Position numbers and translations under genes: made by a program. The notes under the pieces are model-generated. The model had not been told where the DNA came from and ran no database searches. It saw only the letters and a list, made by a program, of their open reading frames with translations. From an uncultured beta proteobacterium (lineage in GTDB: Bacteria > Pseudomonadota > Gammaproteobacteria > Burkholderiales > Casimicrobiaceae), in assembly GCA_963816915.1 (NCBI GenBank), contig CAWFMK010000002.1, positions 280,426 to 344,425 on the forward strand: 64,000 nt of DNA. Direction: 5' to 3'. This document shows, piece after piece, positions 36,399 to 45,649 of the stretch (position 1 is its first letter; each line of letters begins with the position of its first letter).

Positions 36399-39290
36399 AT
36401 GTCGTTCAAGAAAAGAGCGGTGCCCCTCGTAGTCGCGCAATTGGTGGCGACCGGAGCGTTTTCAGCATTCACCGTGTCACCCGCATATGCCCAGATGGGC
36501 ACTACACCGATCGAGCGCATCGAGGTCACCGGCACCAACATCCGTCGCGTCGACGCGGAGACCCCGAGCGAAGTGCAGGTCATCACTGCGAAGCAAATGG
36601 TTGAATCCGGCTACACCAGCGTTTCGCAGGTCCTGCGCGACTTGACCGCAAACGGCAACGGCACGCTGGCGCAAAACTTTAGCCGGTCGTTCGCAGGCGG
36701 TGGCGCCGGGGTTGCGCTGCGCGGCCTGTCGGTTGGTGCGACCCTGGTGCTGATCGATGGTTACAAGATGGCGGGCTATCCGCGCTCGGACGACGGCCAG
36801 CGCAATTTCGTCGATATCAGCAGCATTCCGTTCGTCGCCGTGGACCGCATCGAGGTCCTGCTCGATGGCGCATCCGCGGTCTACGGCTCAGATGCGATCG
36901 CCGGCGTGGTCAATGTGATCCTGAAGAAGGAATACAAGGGCACCTACGTCAATGCGACCGCAGGCACGACGACTAAAGGCGGCGGGACAACCGTAGACGC
37001 GCAGATTCTTCAGGGCTTCGGCGACGTCAGCGCCGGTCTCGGCGGCTATGTCGCCTTCGAATATCGCAACCAGGACGCGATTCGGCTGAACCAGCGCAAC
37101 GGCGAGCCGTGGAACGTGACCGACTACACACCTTGGGGCGGGGAGAACTTCAACCCCGGCGCGCGCAGCTCTACGTTTACCGCTCCTGCGATTCTCAATG
37201 CGCCCTATCTGCAAAAGCCAGGTGGGTCGGGTTCGAGTCCCAGCACCTTCGCCGACCTGACTTCGAACTGCGACTTCGTGCGGCGTAACGCCAGCCAATG
37301 CCAGTTCGCAAACACCTGGGGGAAGATTCAGCCGCACTCGCAGAACGTCAACCTTATCGGCAGCATTACGGGCAAGCTGGCCGACGATTGGCACCTCAAT
37401 GTCACGGCCTCGTACTTCAGCAGCGAGACCTCGCAGGACGTCCAGGCTGCACTATTTTCAGTCGGGAGCTTTGCGGGGAACACCGCCATCGGGCCGAACC
37501 AGATTCCCAAGATCGTGAACGCGATTCCGAACTACACGGTGCCCGCAAACTATCCCGGCAATCCGTTCGGTGTCCCCGCCAACATCCGTGCGATCGTGCC
37601 TGGCCAGACGGAGCGGTCGAACAACTTCGACACCGGCACCAGCCGCCTCGTGGCGCAGTTGACCGGGTCCGCGTGGGGCTGGGACATCGTCGGAGCGGCC
37701 GGATACACCAACGTCAGGTCCGACGTTACATACCGCGGCTATCTTGCGCCGCTTGCGGCGGTCGCGGCGTTGAACGACCCGGTCCATCCGTACCTCCTCA
37801 CGGGCCCCAACGACCCATCGGTCCAGAACGCGGTCACCCCGGACGTATTTGCCAATATCTGGAACAACCTGAGCTTCATCCAAGCCTCGGGGTCCCGCGA
37901 CCTGATGCAATTGCAGGGCGGCCCGCTCAGCATCGCCATTGGAGCGGGCGACGTGTACAACAATCTGGCCTGGAATGATCCTGGCGCGGCGCAAAACGGC
38001 ACGGTGAACCTGGGCGGTGCAGGGTATGCCTACGCCGTGGGGAGCCAGAACAATGCCAACGCGTACGTGGAGCTTGTTGCGCCGATACTGAAGAATCTGG
38101 AAGTCGACGGGGCGCTTCGCTACGACTACTACAACGCGCCCCACAATACGACGTGGAACCCCAAGGTCGGTGTCAAATGGACCCCGGTGCAGCAGCTCGC
38201 GCTGCGCGGGACGGCGGGCACGGGATTCCGCGCGCCGTACATCACCGAAGGCGGCAACTCTGGCACGATCTTCAACTTCAACTCGATCCGCGACCCGCAG
38301 CTTTGCCCGGTGAGCAACCCCGACGGTTCGCCGAACCTGAAATCGCCCCAGAACGCGGTCGGACCGCTCAATTATTGCAACTTCAACCCGCCCTATCTGC
38401 AAGGTGTGGGGAAGACCCTGCAGCCTGAAAAGTCGCAAAACTATACCGCGGGCTTCGTCCTCGAACCCATCAAGAACTGGTCGACGACCTTCGATTATTA
38501 TTACATCAAGCTGAAGAACCAGATCGTCTCTGCGGCGACCATAGACGGCTTCCAACCCCTGGACTTCGCGGTTCGCGCTACGCCGCAGATCGTCACCTTC
38601 GGCGATGGTTCCACCGGGCTTTCGTCGGTCGGCCCGATTGCATACGTCAATACGCCTTACGTCAACGCCAACCAGACGACGACCAGCGGATTTGACCTGG
38701 GGACCGGGTACACGTGGATGCTGCCGGATAAGAGCACGCTCCTGACCAGCGTGGAATGGACGCATATTCTGACTTGGGATCTGACAGCCAATGGAGTCAA
38801 GTACAAGCTGGCAGGTACCCACGGCCCGAGCGGCGTCAGCGGTGATACCGGCAATCCCAGGGACCGCGCTCAGGCGATCATCCAGTGGAGCAAGGGGCCG
38901 TTCACCGCGACCGCAACGGTCAACTATGTCGGCCCGTACAACGTCACCGATCCATCCATCGGCGGTGCCACTTGCCAGGATCAGCTTGCGAATGTCGGCA
39001 ACGAATCCGGACGGTGGGCCAGCGGCGTCGCGCCGAACTACTGCAACGTCGCCTCGTTCACCTATACCAACCTGAATCTGCAATATGCGCTGAACAAGCA
39101 GTGGACGCTCATCGGATCGGTTCAGAATCTGTTCAACGCCAAGGCGCCGAGCGACTTCGAAACCTACGGGGCCCTGTTCGGTGCAACGCCGAACGCGACC
39201 GGCAATGGGGTGCTCCTGAACCCATCGCTGCATGCGGCGGGCGCGATCGGCCCGTTCATCAGCCTGGGCTTCATCTATCAGTTCAACTGA
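36399..39290 (+). CDS. TonB-dependent outer membrane receptor (963 aa), substrate unknown
   Basis: Signal peptide, a TonB-box-like IERIEVTG, a plug (..ALRGLS..TLVLIDG..) and a long beta-barrel. The C-terminus ..LGFIYQFN has its aromatic residue penultimate rather than terminal. Confidence 0.9.
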   Translation: MSFKKRAVPLVVAQLVATGAFSAFTVSPAYAQMGTTPIERIEVTGTNIRRVDAETPSEVQVITAKQMVESGYTSVSQVLRDLTANGNGTLAQNFSRSFAGGGAGVALRGLSVGATLVLIDGYKMAGYPRSDDGQRNFVDISSIPFVAVDRIEVLLDGASAVYGSDAIAGVVNVILKKEYKGTYVNATAGTTTKGGGTTVDAQILQGFGDVSAGLGGYVAFEYRNQDAIRLNQRNGEPWNVTDYTPWGGENFNPGARSSTFTAPAILNAPYLQKPGGSGSSPSTFADLTSNCDFVRRNASQCQFANTWGKIQPHSQNVNLIGSITGKLADDWHLNVTASYFSSETSQDVQAALFSVGSFAGNTAIGPNQIPKIVNAIPNYTVPANYPGNPFGVPANIRAIVPGQTERSNNFDTGTSRLVAQLTGSAWGWDIVGAAGYTNVRSDVTYRGYLAPLAAVAALNDPVHPYLLTGPNDPSVQNAVTPDVFANIWNNLSFIQASGSRDLMQLQGGPLSIAIGAGDVYNNLAWNDPGAAQNGTVNLGGAGYAYAVGSQNNANAYVELVAPILKNLEVDGALRYDYYNAPHNTTWNPKVGVKWTPVQQLALRGTAGTGFRAPYITEGGNSGTIFNFNSIRDPQLCPVSNPDGSPNLKSPQNAVGPLNYCNFNPPYLQGVGKTLQPEKSQNYTAGFVLEPIKNWSTTFDYYYIKLKNQIVSAATIDGFQPLDFAVRATPQIVTFGDGSTGLSSVGPIAYVNTPYVNANQTTTSGFDLGTGYTWMLPDKSTLLTSVEWTHILTWDLTANGVKYKLAGTHGPSGVSGDTGNPRDRAQAIIQWSKGPFTATATVNYVGPYNVTDPSIGGATCQDQLANVGNESGRWASGVAPNYCNVASFTYTNLNLQYALNKQWTLIGSVQNLFNAKAPSDFETYGALFGATPNATGNGVLLNPSLHAAGAIGPFISLGFIYQFN

Positions 39291-39346
39291 AATCCGCATC
39301 GTCGTGCGGCCAGCGGTTGCGGCCGGCTCGAACGAAGCGTTGTCCC

Positions 39347-39381
39347 AAGCCGCCCGGAGCGATCCTCCGGGCGGCTTTTTT
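39347..39381 (+). terminator. Rho-independent terminator after the receptor gene
   Basis: AGCCGCCCGGA-7 nt-TCCGGGCGGCT (11 bp) followed by TTTTTT. Confidence 0.8.
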
Positions 39382-39428
39382 ATAGCTTTATCGCAGGGAC
39401 GATCGATGCGACACCGACGCGCGCGTAC

Positions 39429-40625
39429 TCAGTTCGTGACGCTGGGGTGCGTGGACCTGCGCGATTTGATGAGATCGAGCTTTGCGGCGTAAAGGTCGTG
39501 ATCGCTGGGCGTCGCGCTGTTGTCGAGCGCGAGCGCCAGCTGCACGCGCGCCTTCTCGGGTTCGCCCAACCCTAGGTAGGCGGCCGCCAGCCACGCCCTG
39601 AATTCGTGGTAATACGCGTCGCGTTCGACTTCCTTCTCGAACATAAGGCGTGCCTGCATATAGTCGCCTTTATGGATGGCGGCAACGCCAAGGTCGAAGT
39701 AATAGAACGGCGGGTAAGGCTGCAGCTGCACCAGCTTTGCGGTCAGCGACTGGGCCTCCGCGCGGCGGCCTTCGTCATTGAGCACCAGCACCTGGTTTGA
39801 CATCGCCTGCAAATTAGCCGGTTCGAGCTGGAGCACGCGCGCCAGGACCTTTTCAGCGTCCTTGATGTTGCCGTGATGCCGATAGACCACGCCCAGCGTG
39901 TTGTAAGCGCTCAAGAAACGGGGGTCCTGGCCGATCGCCGCGCGCGCCCACCAGTAAGCATCGTCGACACGTCCCGCCGCGAGCGCCTCCGCTGCGCGGT
40001 TGTTCATGTACATCGCGACGATCGTGGCCTCGCCGACCACGCGGATACGCTGCCCACGAAGGTCCTCTCCGGGGAGAAAGTCCACCGTCAACGCCGCGCT
40101 CTGATTGTTAAGAAAAGTGGCGTTTGGCTCCGGTCCGAGCGCGAGATTCACGTGGGAGATCGAGAAGTACATGCCGCCGCTGCGGCTCCACACGGCATCG
40201 CCAAGCACCATCTGGTAGCGCACCGGGACATCGATCGCCTTGGCGAAGGCGGCCGTCATCAGCACCAGCGACAGACAGTTTCCGGCTCGCGCGCTGAACG
40301 TCTGCGCGGCGTTCCGGGTCAGCGTCGCATCGTAATTGAGCTTAAGGTGGTCCTTGCTGTAGAGCGCGTCGATCAGCGCGAGCTGCCGGTTTTTCGAGCG
40401 CGAAGTATTGACGAGTCGCGCGTGCAGGTAGTCGGTCATCTCGCCGCTGAGCGCGAAAACATCCCCCGCGTCGATGCGCTCGGACGCGGCGGCGAACAGA
40501 TCGTCCCTGAATAACGACTCGACGCGCGATTCCGGCGCGGTGGCGCAACCGCACAGCGTCGCGACGAGCAGCGCGGCAGCCGCGAGGCTCGTCGGATATT
40601 CGGAGCAGCGGGCGAGGCGCGACAC
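39429..40625 (-). CDS. Lipoprotein with a transglutaminase-like Cys-protease-type N-domain and C-terminal TPR repeats
   Basis: Lipobox LCGC. A GNCLSLVL segment (transglutaminase-core-like Cys). Several TPR units (YNTLGVVYRHHGNIKDAEKVLARVLQLEP..). Confidence 0.65.
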   Translation of the reverse strand: MSRLARCSEYPTSLAAAALLVATLCGCATAPESRVESLFRDDLFAAASERIDAGDVFALSGEMTDYLHARLVNTSRSKNRQLALIDALYSKDHLKLNYDATLTRNAAQTFSARAGNCLSLVLMTAAFAKAIDVPVRYQMVLGDAVWSRSGGMYFSISHVNLALGPEPNATFLNNQSAALTVDFLPGEDLRGQRIRVVGEATIVAMYMNNRAAEALAAGRVDDAYWWARAAIGQDPRFLSAYNTLGVVYRHHGNIKDAEKVLARVLQLEPANLQAMSNQVLVLNDEGRRAEAQSLTAKLVQLQPYPPFYYFDLGVAAIHKGDYMQARLMFEKEVERDAYYHEFRAWLAAAYLGLGEPEKARVQLALALDNSATPSDHDLYAAKLDLIKSRRSTHPSVTN

Positions 40626-40849
40626 GCGTTCCTTTCCTTCCGGCCACCGCCTATCCTCCTAGGGTGGCACGAGTGTTGGCGCGCGCCGGAACGGCGGACG
40701 CGACGCGAAAAAGTATCTTCGCCGCTACGGATCCAGTCAAGCCCGCGAGCGGCGCGCCGCGCTAACGCCGCCGCCGGCAAATATGATAAAAAGGGGCCCG
40801 CCATGCGCGGCGATGCCTTTTCCAGTCAGCAGTTCCCCTTCGAGGACGC

Positions 40850-41326
40850 GTGATGAATAGATGCTTCCGTATTGTGGCTTGTATTTGGCTGCTCCTTGCG
40901 GCAGCTTCCGCCCTCGCCCAAGTCAAGGCCGACGCGACCGACATGGACGCACTGCGGAACGCGGTACGCGCCGACAAGAAAGCGTTGGTGACATCGACCT
41001 TGAATCTCACCGATGCCGAAGCCAAGAAATTCTGGCCGATCTACGATGCCTATCAGCGCGACGTCGACGTGGCCAATCGCCGTCGCAACATGGTTGTCGT
41101 GGACCTGGTGAGCGCGAACAAGCCGATTTCGGAGCTGTACGCGAGAACACTGGCCAACGAGCTGATCGGCGCCGACGAAGCCGAGATCAAGGCCCGACGA
41201 GTCATGCACAACAAGGTCTTGAAGGCACTGCCGCCCAAAAAAGCCGCCCGTTACCTGCAGCTCGAATCGAAGATCCGCGCGGTGCAGGCTTACGATATCG
41301 CAGTGGGCATTCCGCTGGTCAATTGA
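40850..41326 (+). CDS. Hypothetical periplasmic protein (158 aa)
   Basis: Signal peptide ..LLLAAASALA, then helical content with an FWPIYDAYQ motif. GTG at 40850 or ATG at 40853. Confidence 0.55.
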   Translation: MMNRCFRIVACIWLLLAAASALAQVKADATDMDALRNAVRADKKALVTSTLNLTDAEAKKFWPIYDAYQRDVDVANRRRNMVVVDLVSANKPISELYARTLANELIGADEAEIKARRVMHNKVLKALPPKKAARYLQLESKIRAVQAYDIAVGIPLVN

Positions 41327-41355
41327 GCGGACCCGAGGGTGTGGGCGAGGGTGGG

Positions 41356-41610
41356 TTAGCCTTCGTTGTTGCAGCCCACGCCATGCCCCGCGTCGGCGTT
41401 CCTCGCGACCTCGGACGCGGTGCATTTGCGCGGGGTCGAGTCCACGCAGGGCGCCGGAGCGACGCGCGCCGAAGCGAACATGGCATAGGCGCGGCTGTCG
41501 GGCTCCATGCGCGATGGCAGCACGACCAGAACGCCGATGGTGAGGACGGTCATCGCGGTCGCTGCGAAGCTGAGCATCACGCGCGGAGTCGTAGGTTGAT
41601 ATGGGTTCAT
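41356..41610 (-). CDS. Small single-pass membrane protein (84 aa)
   Basis: MNPYQPTTPRVMLSFAATAMTVLTIGVLVVLP.. has one TM helix and a Cys-containing C-terminus. Coding is plausible, but no family assignment was made. Confidence 0.45.
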   Translation of the reverse strand: MNPYQPTTPRVMLSFAATAMTVLTIGVLVVLPSRMEPDSRAYAMFASARVAPAPCVDSTPRKCTASEVARNADAGHGVGCNNEG

Positions 41611-41894
41611 CGTTATCTCCTGGTTTGGCCAATTGCTGTACCTTGGATGCGCCGTGACGCGAGGTCGGATTCAAATTATTTCGGCGGTCGCAGCCAGTGC
41701 CGCAATGAATCCTAGGCGCACGCGATAACGCTCTCAATACACGCGCGACGAACGCATCCAATGGAGGTTCGAGCGACCGCTGAAGGCGACGAAGCGGGCT
41801 GGTGCCCGATGCGTTATCCCGGATCCGGGACCGTGCTTCGGTTTCGGTGGACTTTTTGTCGCTTTTGTGTAGAATCCGGCGGCCTTGAGATAAA

Positions 41895-41931
41895 AGCTTG
41901 GCCTCGCCCTGCGGCGGGGCCAAGCTGTTTT
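41895..41931. terminator. Orphan 14-bp hairpin with flanking A/T runs in the 540-nt exbB upstream region
   Basis: AGCTTGGCCTCGCC-CTGC-GGCGGGGCCAAGCT, preceded by TAAAA and followed by GTTTT. No gene ends nearby on either strand. Confidence 0.4.
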
Positions 41932-42150
41932 GACGATCGCGTGCTCGCCTCGGGTGGGATCGCCCGTGGCCGGATCGTCGTCCGACACAGGGGACAGTCG
42001 ATGACGAGCGAATCACAATCGGAGAGTCGAACCCGAAGCGTCCTCGGGCCGGCCTGCCACACGCGGGCCGGACCCACCTCGGTTGCCGTCCATTTACGCC
42101 GGACCGTAAACCCGCCATCTGACCGAATGATCTTCTGTCTTGGAGACACT

Positions 42151-43032
42151 ATGTTGAAACTGAACCGTCTGGCCGCGCTGGCCGCCTTGGCGATGGCGCC
42201 GCTGCTTGTTGCAGTGCCGCACGCGGCCCTGGCGCAACCGGCTACTGCCCCGGCGGCTGCCCCTGCTGCCCCGGCGGCCCCCTCCGCGGCAACCGCGCCC
42301 ACGCCACCCTCGGCACCGGCGGCATCGGCAGCCCCAACGCGCAGCACCGAAATCATCGACAATCCCTACGGCCTTGAAGCTCTTTGGAAGGGTGGCGACT
42401 TTGTTTCCAAGGCAACGCTGATCATCCTGGTCATCATGTCGATGGGCAGCTGGTACATCATCATCACCAAGGTCTACGAGCAGGCGAAGATGGGCGCTCA
42501 GGGCCGCGCTGCCGAGAAAACGTTCTGGAAAGCGCCCTCGGTGCGCGAAGGCGCCGAAGGCCTCAAGAAAAGCAGCCCATACCGATTCATCGCCGAATCC
42601 GGACTGGAAGCCACCAAGCGCCACCACGGTCTGCTCGGCAACGTCGACCTGAACGAATGGATCACCATGTCGATCCAGCGTTCGATCGAGAACGTTCAAA
42701 GCCGTACCCAGGACGGGCTCGCATTCCTGGCGACCGTCGGATCGACCGCGCCTTTCGTTGGCCTGTTCGGAACGGTGTGGGGCATCTATCACGCGCTGAC
42801 CGCGATCGGCATCGCCGGGCAGGCGTCGATCGACAAGGTGGCCGGTCCCGTGGGCGAGGCGCTGATCATGACCGCCATCGGCCTTGCCGTCGCGGTGCCC
42901 GCCGTGCTGGGCTACAACTGGATCGTCCGCCGCAACAAGAATGCGATGGAGCGCGTGCGCGGCTTCGGCGCCGACCTCCACGCCGTGCTGCTCAGCGCCC
43001 AGAAGGCGCCCGCCACGCCCGCCAAGGTCTAA
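42151..43032 (+). CDS. exbB: ExbB (MotA/TolQ/ExbB proton channel) with an N-terminal signal peptide and an Ala/Pro-rich extension
   Basis: Core ..FLATVGSTAPFVGLFGTVWGI..GPVGEALIMTAIGLAVAVPAV... Start at MLKLNRLAALAALAMAPLL (42151). The upstream part of the 41761 ORF was discarded. Confidence 0.9.
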   Translation: MLKLNRLAALAALAMAPLLVAVPHAALAQPATAPAAAPAAPAAPSAATAPTPPSAPAASAAPTRSTEIIDNPYGLEALWKGGDFVSKATLIILVIMSMGSWYIIITKVYEQAKMGAQGRAAEKTFWKAPSVREGAEGLKKSSPYRFIAESGLEATKRHHGLLGNVDLNEWITMSIQRSIENVQSRTQDGLAFLATVGSTAPFVGLFGTVWGIYHALTAIGIAGQASIDKVAGPVGEALIMTAIGLAVAVPAVLGYNWIVRRNKNAMERVRGFGADLHAVLLSAQKAPATPAKV

Positions 43033-43035
43033 GCC

Positions 43036-43464
43036 ATGGCGATGAACGTCGGCTCGTCGAGCGACGAGGACGAAGTCGTTTCGACCATCAACACGACGCC
43101 GCTGGTCGACGTCATGCTGGTGTTGCTGATCATTTTTCTGATCACCATCCCGGTGGTGACGACCTCGATCCCGGTGCAGCTCCCGAAGGAGCGCAACGAG
43201 GTGCGCGAGACCAAGCCCGAGAACATCGTGCTTTCGGTCGATGTCGCCGGTCGCATCTACTGGAACGACCTGTACATCCCCACGACGACGGCGCTGATCG
43301 ACCGGCTCAAGAAGATCGCGGTCCTCACGCCGCAGCCCGAAGTCCAGATCCGCGGCGACGGCGGCGCGAAGTACGACTCGATCGGGCGCATCATCTACGC
43401 GTGCCAGCGCGCCGGGATCGCGAAGGTGGGCTTCATCACCGAGCCGCCGCCGCGCGCCAGCTAA
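43036..43464 (+). CDS. exbD: ExbD/TolR family protein 1
   Basis: INTTPLVDVMLVLLIIFLIT motif; 142 aa. Confidence 0.9.
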   Translation: MAMNVGSSSDEDEVVSTINTTPLVDVMLVLLIIFLITIPVVTTSIPVQLPKERNEVRETKPENIVLSVDVAGRIYWNDLYIPTTTALIDRLKKIAVLTPQPEVQIRGDGGAKYDSIGRIIYACQRAGIAKVGFITEPPPRAS

Positions 43465-43488
43465 GCCGGTGAATCGGAAGGAACTGTC

Positions 43489-43920
43489 ATGGCGATGAAC
43501 GTTGGGTCGGGCGGAGCGTCCGGCGATCCCGAGGTCATGATCGACATCAACACCACGCCGCTGATCGACGTGATGCTGGTGCTGTTGGTCATGCTCATCA
43601 TCACGATCCCGATCCAGCTGCACTCGGTTAATCTCAACATGCCCACGGGCAACCCTCCGCCGCCACTGGTGCTCCCGGAGGTGGTCAAGCTCGACATCGA
43701 TCCGACCAGCGTTGTCTATTGGAATGGCGAGCCCGTGGCCGACCGCGCCGCGCTCGAGGCGAAGATGAGCGAGGCCGCGACGCATTCGCCGCAGCCGGAG
43801 ATTCACCTCCGACCGGATAAGTCGGCAAAGTACGCGATCGTCGCCGGCGTGATGGCATCGGCACAGCGACTTGGGCTGACCAAGATCGGCATCGTCGGCA
43901 GCGAGCAGTTCATCGAATAG
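43489..43920 (+). CDS. exbD: ExbD/TolR family protein 2
   Basis: INTTPLIDVMLVLLVMLIIT motif; 143 aa. Paralogue of the preceding gene. Confidence 0.9.
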   Translation: MAMNVGSGGASGDPEVMIDINTTPLIDVMLVLLVMLIITIPIQLHSVNLNMPTGNPPPPLVLPEVVKLDIDPTSVVYWNGEPVADRAALEAKMSEAATHSPQPEIHLRPDKSAKYAIVAGVMASAQRLGLTKIGIVGSEQFIE

Positions 43921-43964
43921 ATCCGCGGCGCGAACGCGCAACGGTATTCCGGAGTCGAAGCAAA

Positions 43965-44609
43965 ATGGATTTCGCGCGGCAGCAAAGAAACCCGACGCGG
44001 CACATGATCGGAATCACGGTCGTGATCGTGCTCCATGTGATCGTGATCTACGCGCTGTTGACCGGCCTGGCGCGCAGGGCGGTGGACGTCATCAAGAAGC
44101 CGCTGACCGCAACCATCATCGAAGAGGTGAAGCTGCCGCCGCCACCACCGCCGCCGCCACCCAAGAAAATCATCGAGCCGCCGAAAATACAGGCTCCGGT
44201 CCAACCCTACATTCCGCCGCCAGACATCCCCGTGCCGGCGCCGGTCACCGAGCCGGTGATAACCGCACCGACGACCGTCGTGCCAACCGAACCGGCGGTG
44301 ATCGCGCCCCCGCCGGTGGCCGCGCCGGCACCCAAGCCCGCGATCCGCAAGGGGCTGGTGCCCATCCATAAGGTCGACCCGATCTATCCACGCGAAGCGA
44401 TCCGCGCCGGAGTGGCCAAGGGCCACGTGCTCGCGCGCCTGACTGTCGATGAAAAGGGCAACGTGACCGACATTCGATTCGTCGAAGCCGATCCGCCGGG
44501 CGTGTTCAACAAAGAGGTGACGCGCGCCCTGATGCAGTGGAAATTTCAACCCGAGGGCGAGAAGTTCGTCGGCGACGTCGAGCTCAATTTCACACTCAAG
44601 GACGAATAA
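43965..44609 (+). CDS. tonB: Energy transducer TonB
   Basis: N-terminal TM anchor, Pro-rich spacer (LPPPPPPPPPKK...PPPDIPVP) and a C-terminal TonB domain (YPREAIRAGVAKGHVLARLTVDEKGNV...). Confidence 0.9.
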   Translation: MDFARQQRNPTRHMIGITVVIVLHVIVIYALLTGLARRAVDVIKKPLTATIIEEVKLPPPPPPPPPKKIIEPPKIQAPVQPYIPPPDIPVPAPVTEPVITAPTTVVPTEPAVIAPPPVAAPAPKPAIRKGLVPIHKVDPIYPREAIRAGVAKGHVLARLTVDEKGNVTDIRFVEADPPGVFNKEVTRALMQWKFQPEGEKFVGDVELNFTLKDE

Positions 44610-44653
44610 CGCCGGCAGGCATCGGCACAGCCAAGGACAATGGAGGAGGATTC

Positions 44654-44682
44654 CGGCCGCACGCAAGTGCGGCCGTTTTTTT
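44654..44682 (+). terminator. Rho-independent terminator after tonB
   Basis: CGGCCGCAC-GCAA-GTGCGGCCG followed by TTTTTTT. Confidence 0.8.
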
Positions 44683-44692
44683 GGCTGCTACT

Positions 44693-45046
44693 TTAGTCCG
44701 TGCGCAGCGCGTAGATCAGCGTGCCCCAGGTGGCCGCGCCGAGGGCGATGAGCAGCCCCGCGATATCGCCGATGCCCAGCCGGTGCCCGACGAACATGGC
44801 GACTGCACCGCGAAACACGTCGTCGAACAAGCTGGGGACCGCCAGCAAGGCGGCAATCGCGGCGCCGGTCCACAGCAGCGCGAGCACCGGCTTGCGCCAC
44901 GCGGGCGCTGTGATGCCCCTCGGCAGCGCCTGCAGAACGCGCGACGAGAAGCCATCGTCGGCAACATACGCCGAGCGATACGCGTGGCCATCGGCGCGCA
45001 GCGCCTGCTCGAGCCAATCGTCGTCTGTTTCGGATCGCTGGTTCAT
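44693..45046 (-). CDS. Small membrane protein downstream of the ECF sigma (putative anti-sigma factor)
   Basis: ATGA start/stop overlap with the sigma gene. 117 aa with a cytoplasmic N-terminal part and two predicted TM helices. No zinc-finger (HxxxCxxC) motif. Confidence 0.5.
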   Translation of the reverse strand: MNQRSETDDDWLEQALRADGHAYRSAYVADDGFSSRVLQALPRGITAPAWRKPVLALLWTGAAIAALLAVPSLFDDVFRGAVAMFVGHRLGIGDIAGLLIALGAATWGTLIYALRTD

Positions 45047-45618
45047 GCCTCGTTTCCGTGTCCCCACGCGCCGAGCCGTGCGCGCAGCTTGTCCTTCGCC
45101 CGAAGGATGTGCGTCTTCACCGTGCCTATCGGACAACCCAGGACGAGCGCGGCTTCTTCGTGCGTCAGGTCGTTATGGTAGCACTGCACGATCGCAGCCC
45201 TTTCAGCGTCCGACAACACTGTCATGGCGCGCTCGAGATCGATGGACAGCGTGCTCGCGCGCTCGCCTGGCTGGACGTTTTCCTGCGGGGGCGGCTCGAA
45301 GTCGTCGGCGTCCATGTCCTCCGGCAGTTGCACCTCCTTGGTCTTGCGCGCATCCGCGAGGAACGCGTTGTACGCGATCCGATAAAGCCAGGTCGAAAAA
45401 CGCGCTTCCTGGCGAAACGATTTCAGATTGCGGTAAGCGAGCAGAAACGTCTCCTGCGCGAGATCGTCCGCAAGCGCGACGTTGCCGCTCGTGAGCTTGC
45501 GCAGCGTCGCACGTACTGCCGATTGGTGCCGTCGGACGAGCTCGCCGAATGCATGGCGATCGTCGCTGACAACGGCGCGTGCGATCAGCGCTGCATCGCT
45601 GACCGGGGTCGAGGGCAT
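45043..45618 (-). CDS. RNA polymerase sigma-70 factor, ECF subfamily
   Basis: Region 2 (..DLAQETFLLAYRNLKSFR..FSTWLYRIAYNAFLD) and region 4 HTH (LSDAERAAIVQCYHNDLTHEEAALVLGCPIGTVKTHILRAK). Confidence 0.9.
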   Translation of the reverse strand: MPSTPVSDAALIARAVVSDDRHAFGELVRRHQSAVRATLRKLTSGNVALADDLAQETFLLAYRNLKSFRQEARFSTWLYRIAYNAFLADARKTKEVQLPEDMDADDFEPPPQENVQPGERASTLSIDLERAMTVLSDAERAAIVQCYHNDLTHEEAALVLGCPIGTVKTHILRAKDKLRARLGAWGHGNEA

Positions 45619-45649
45619 CGTCTTGGCCGATAGGCGTGGGCATGGCTCC

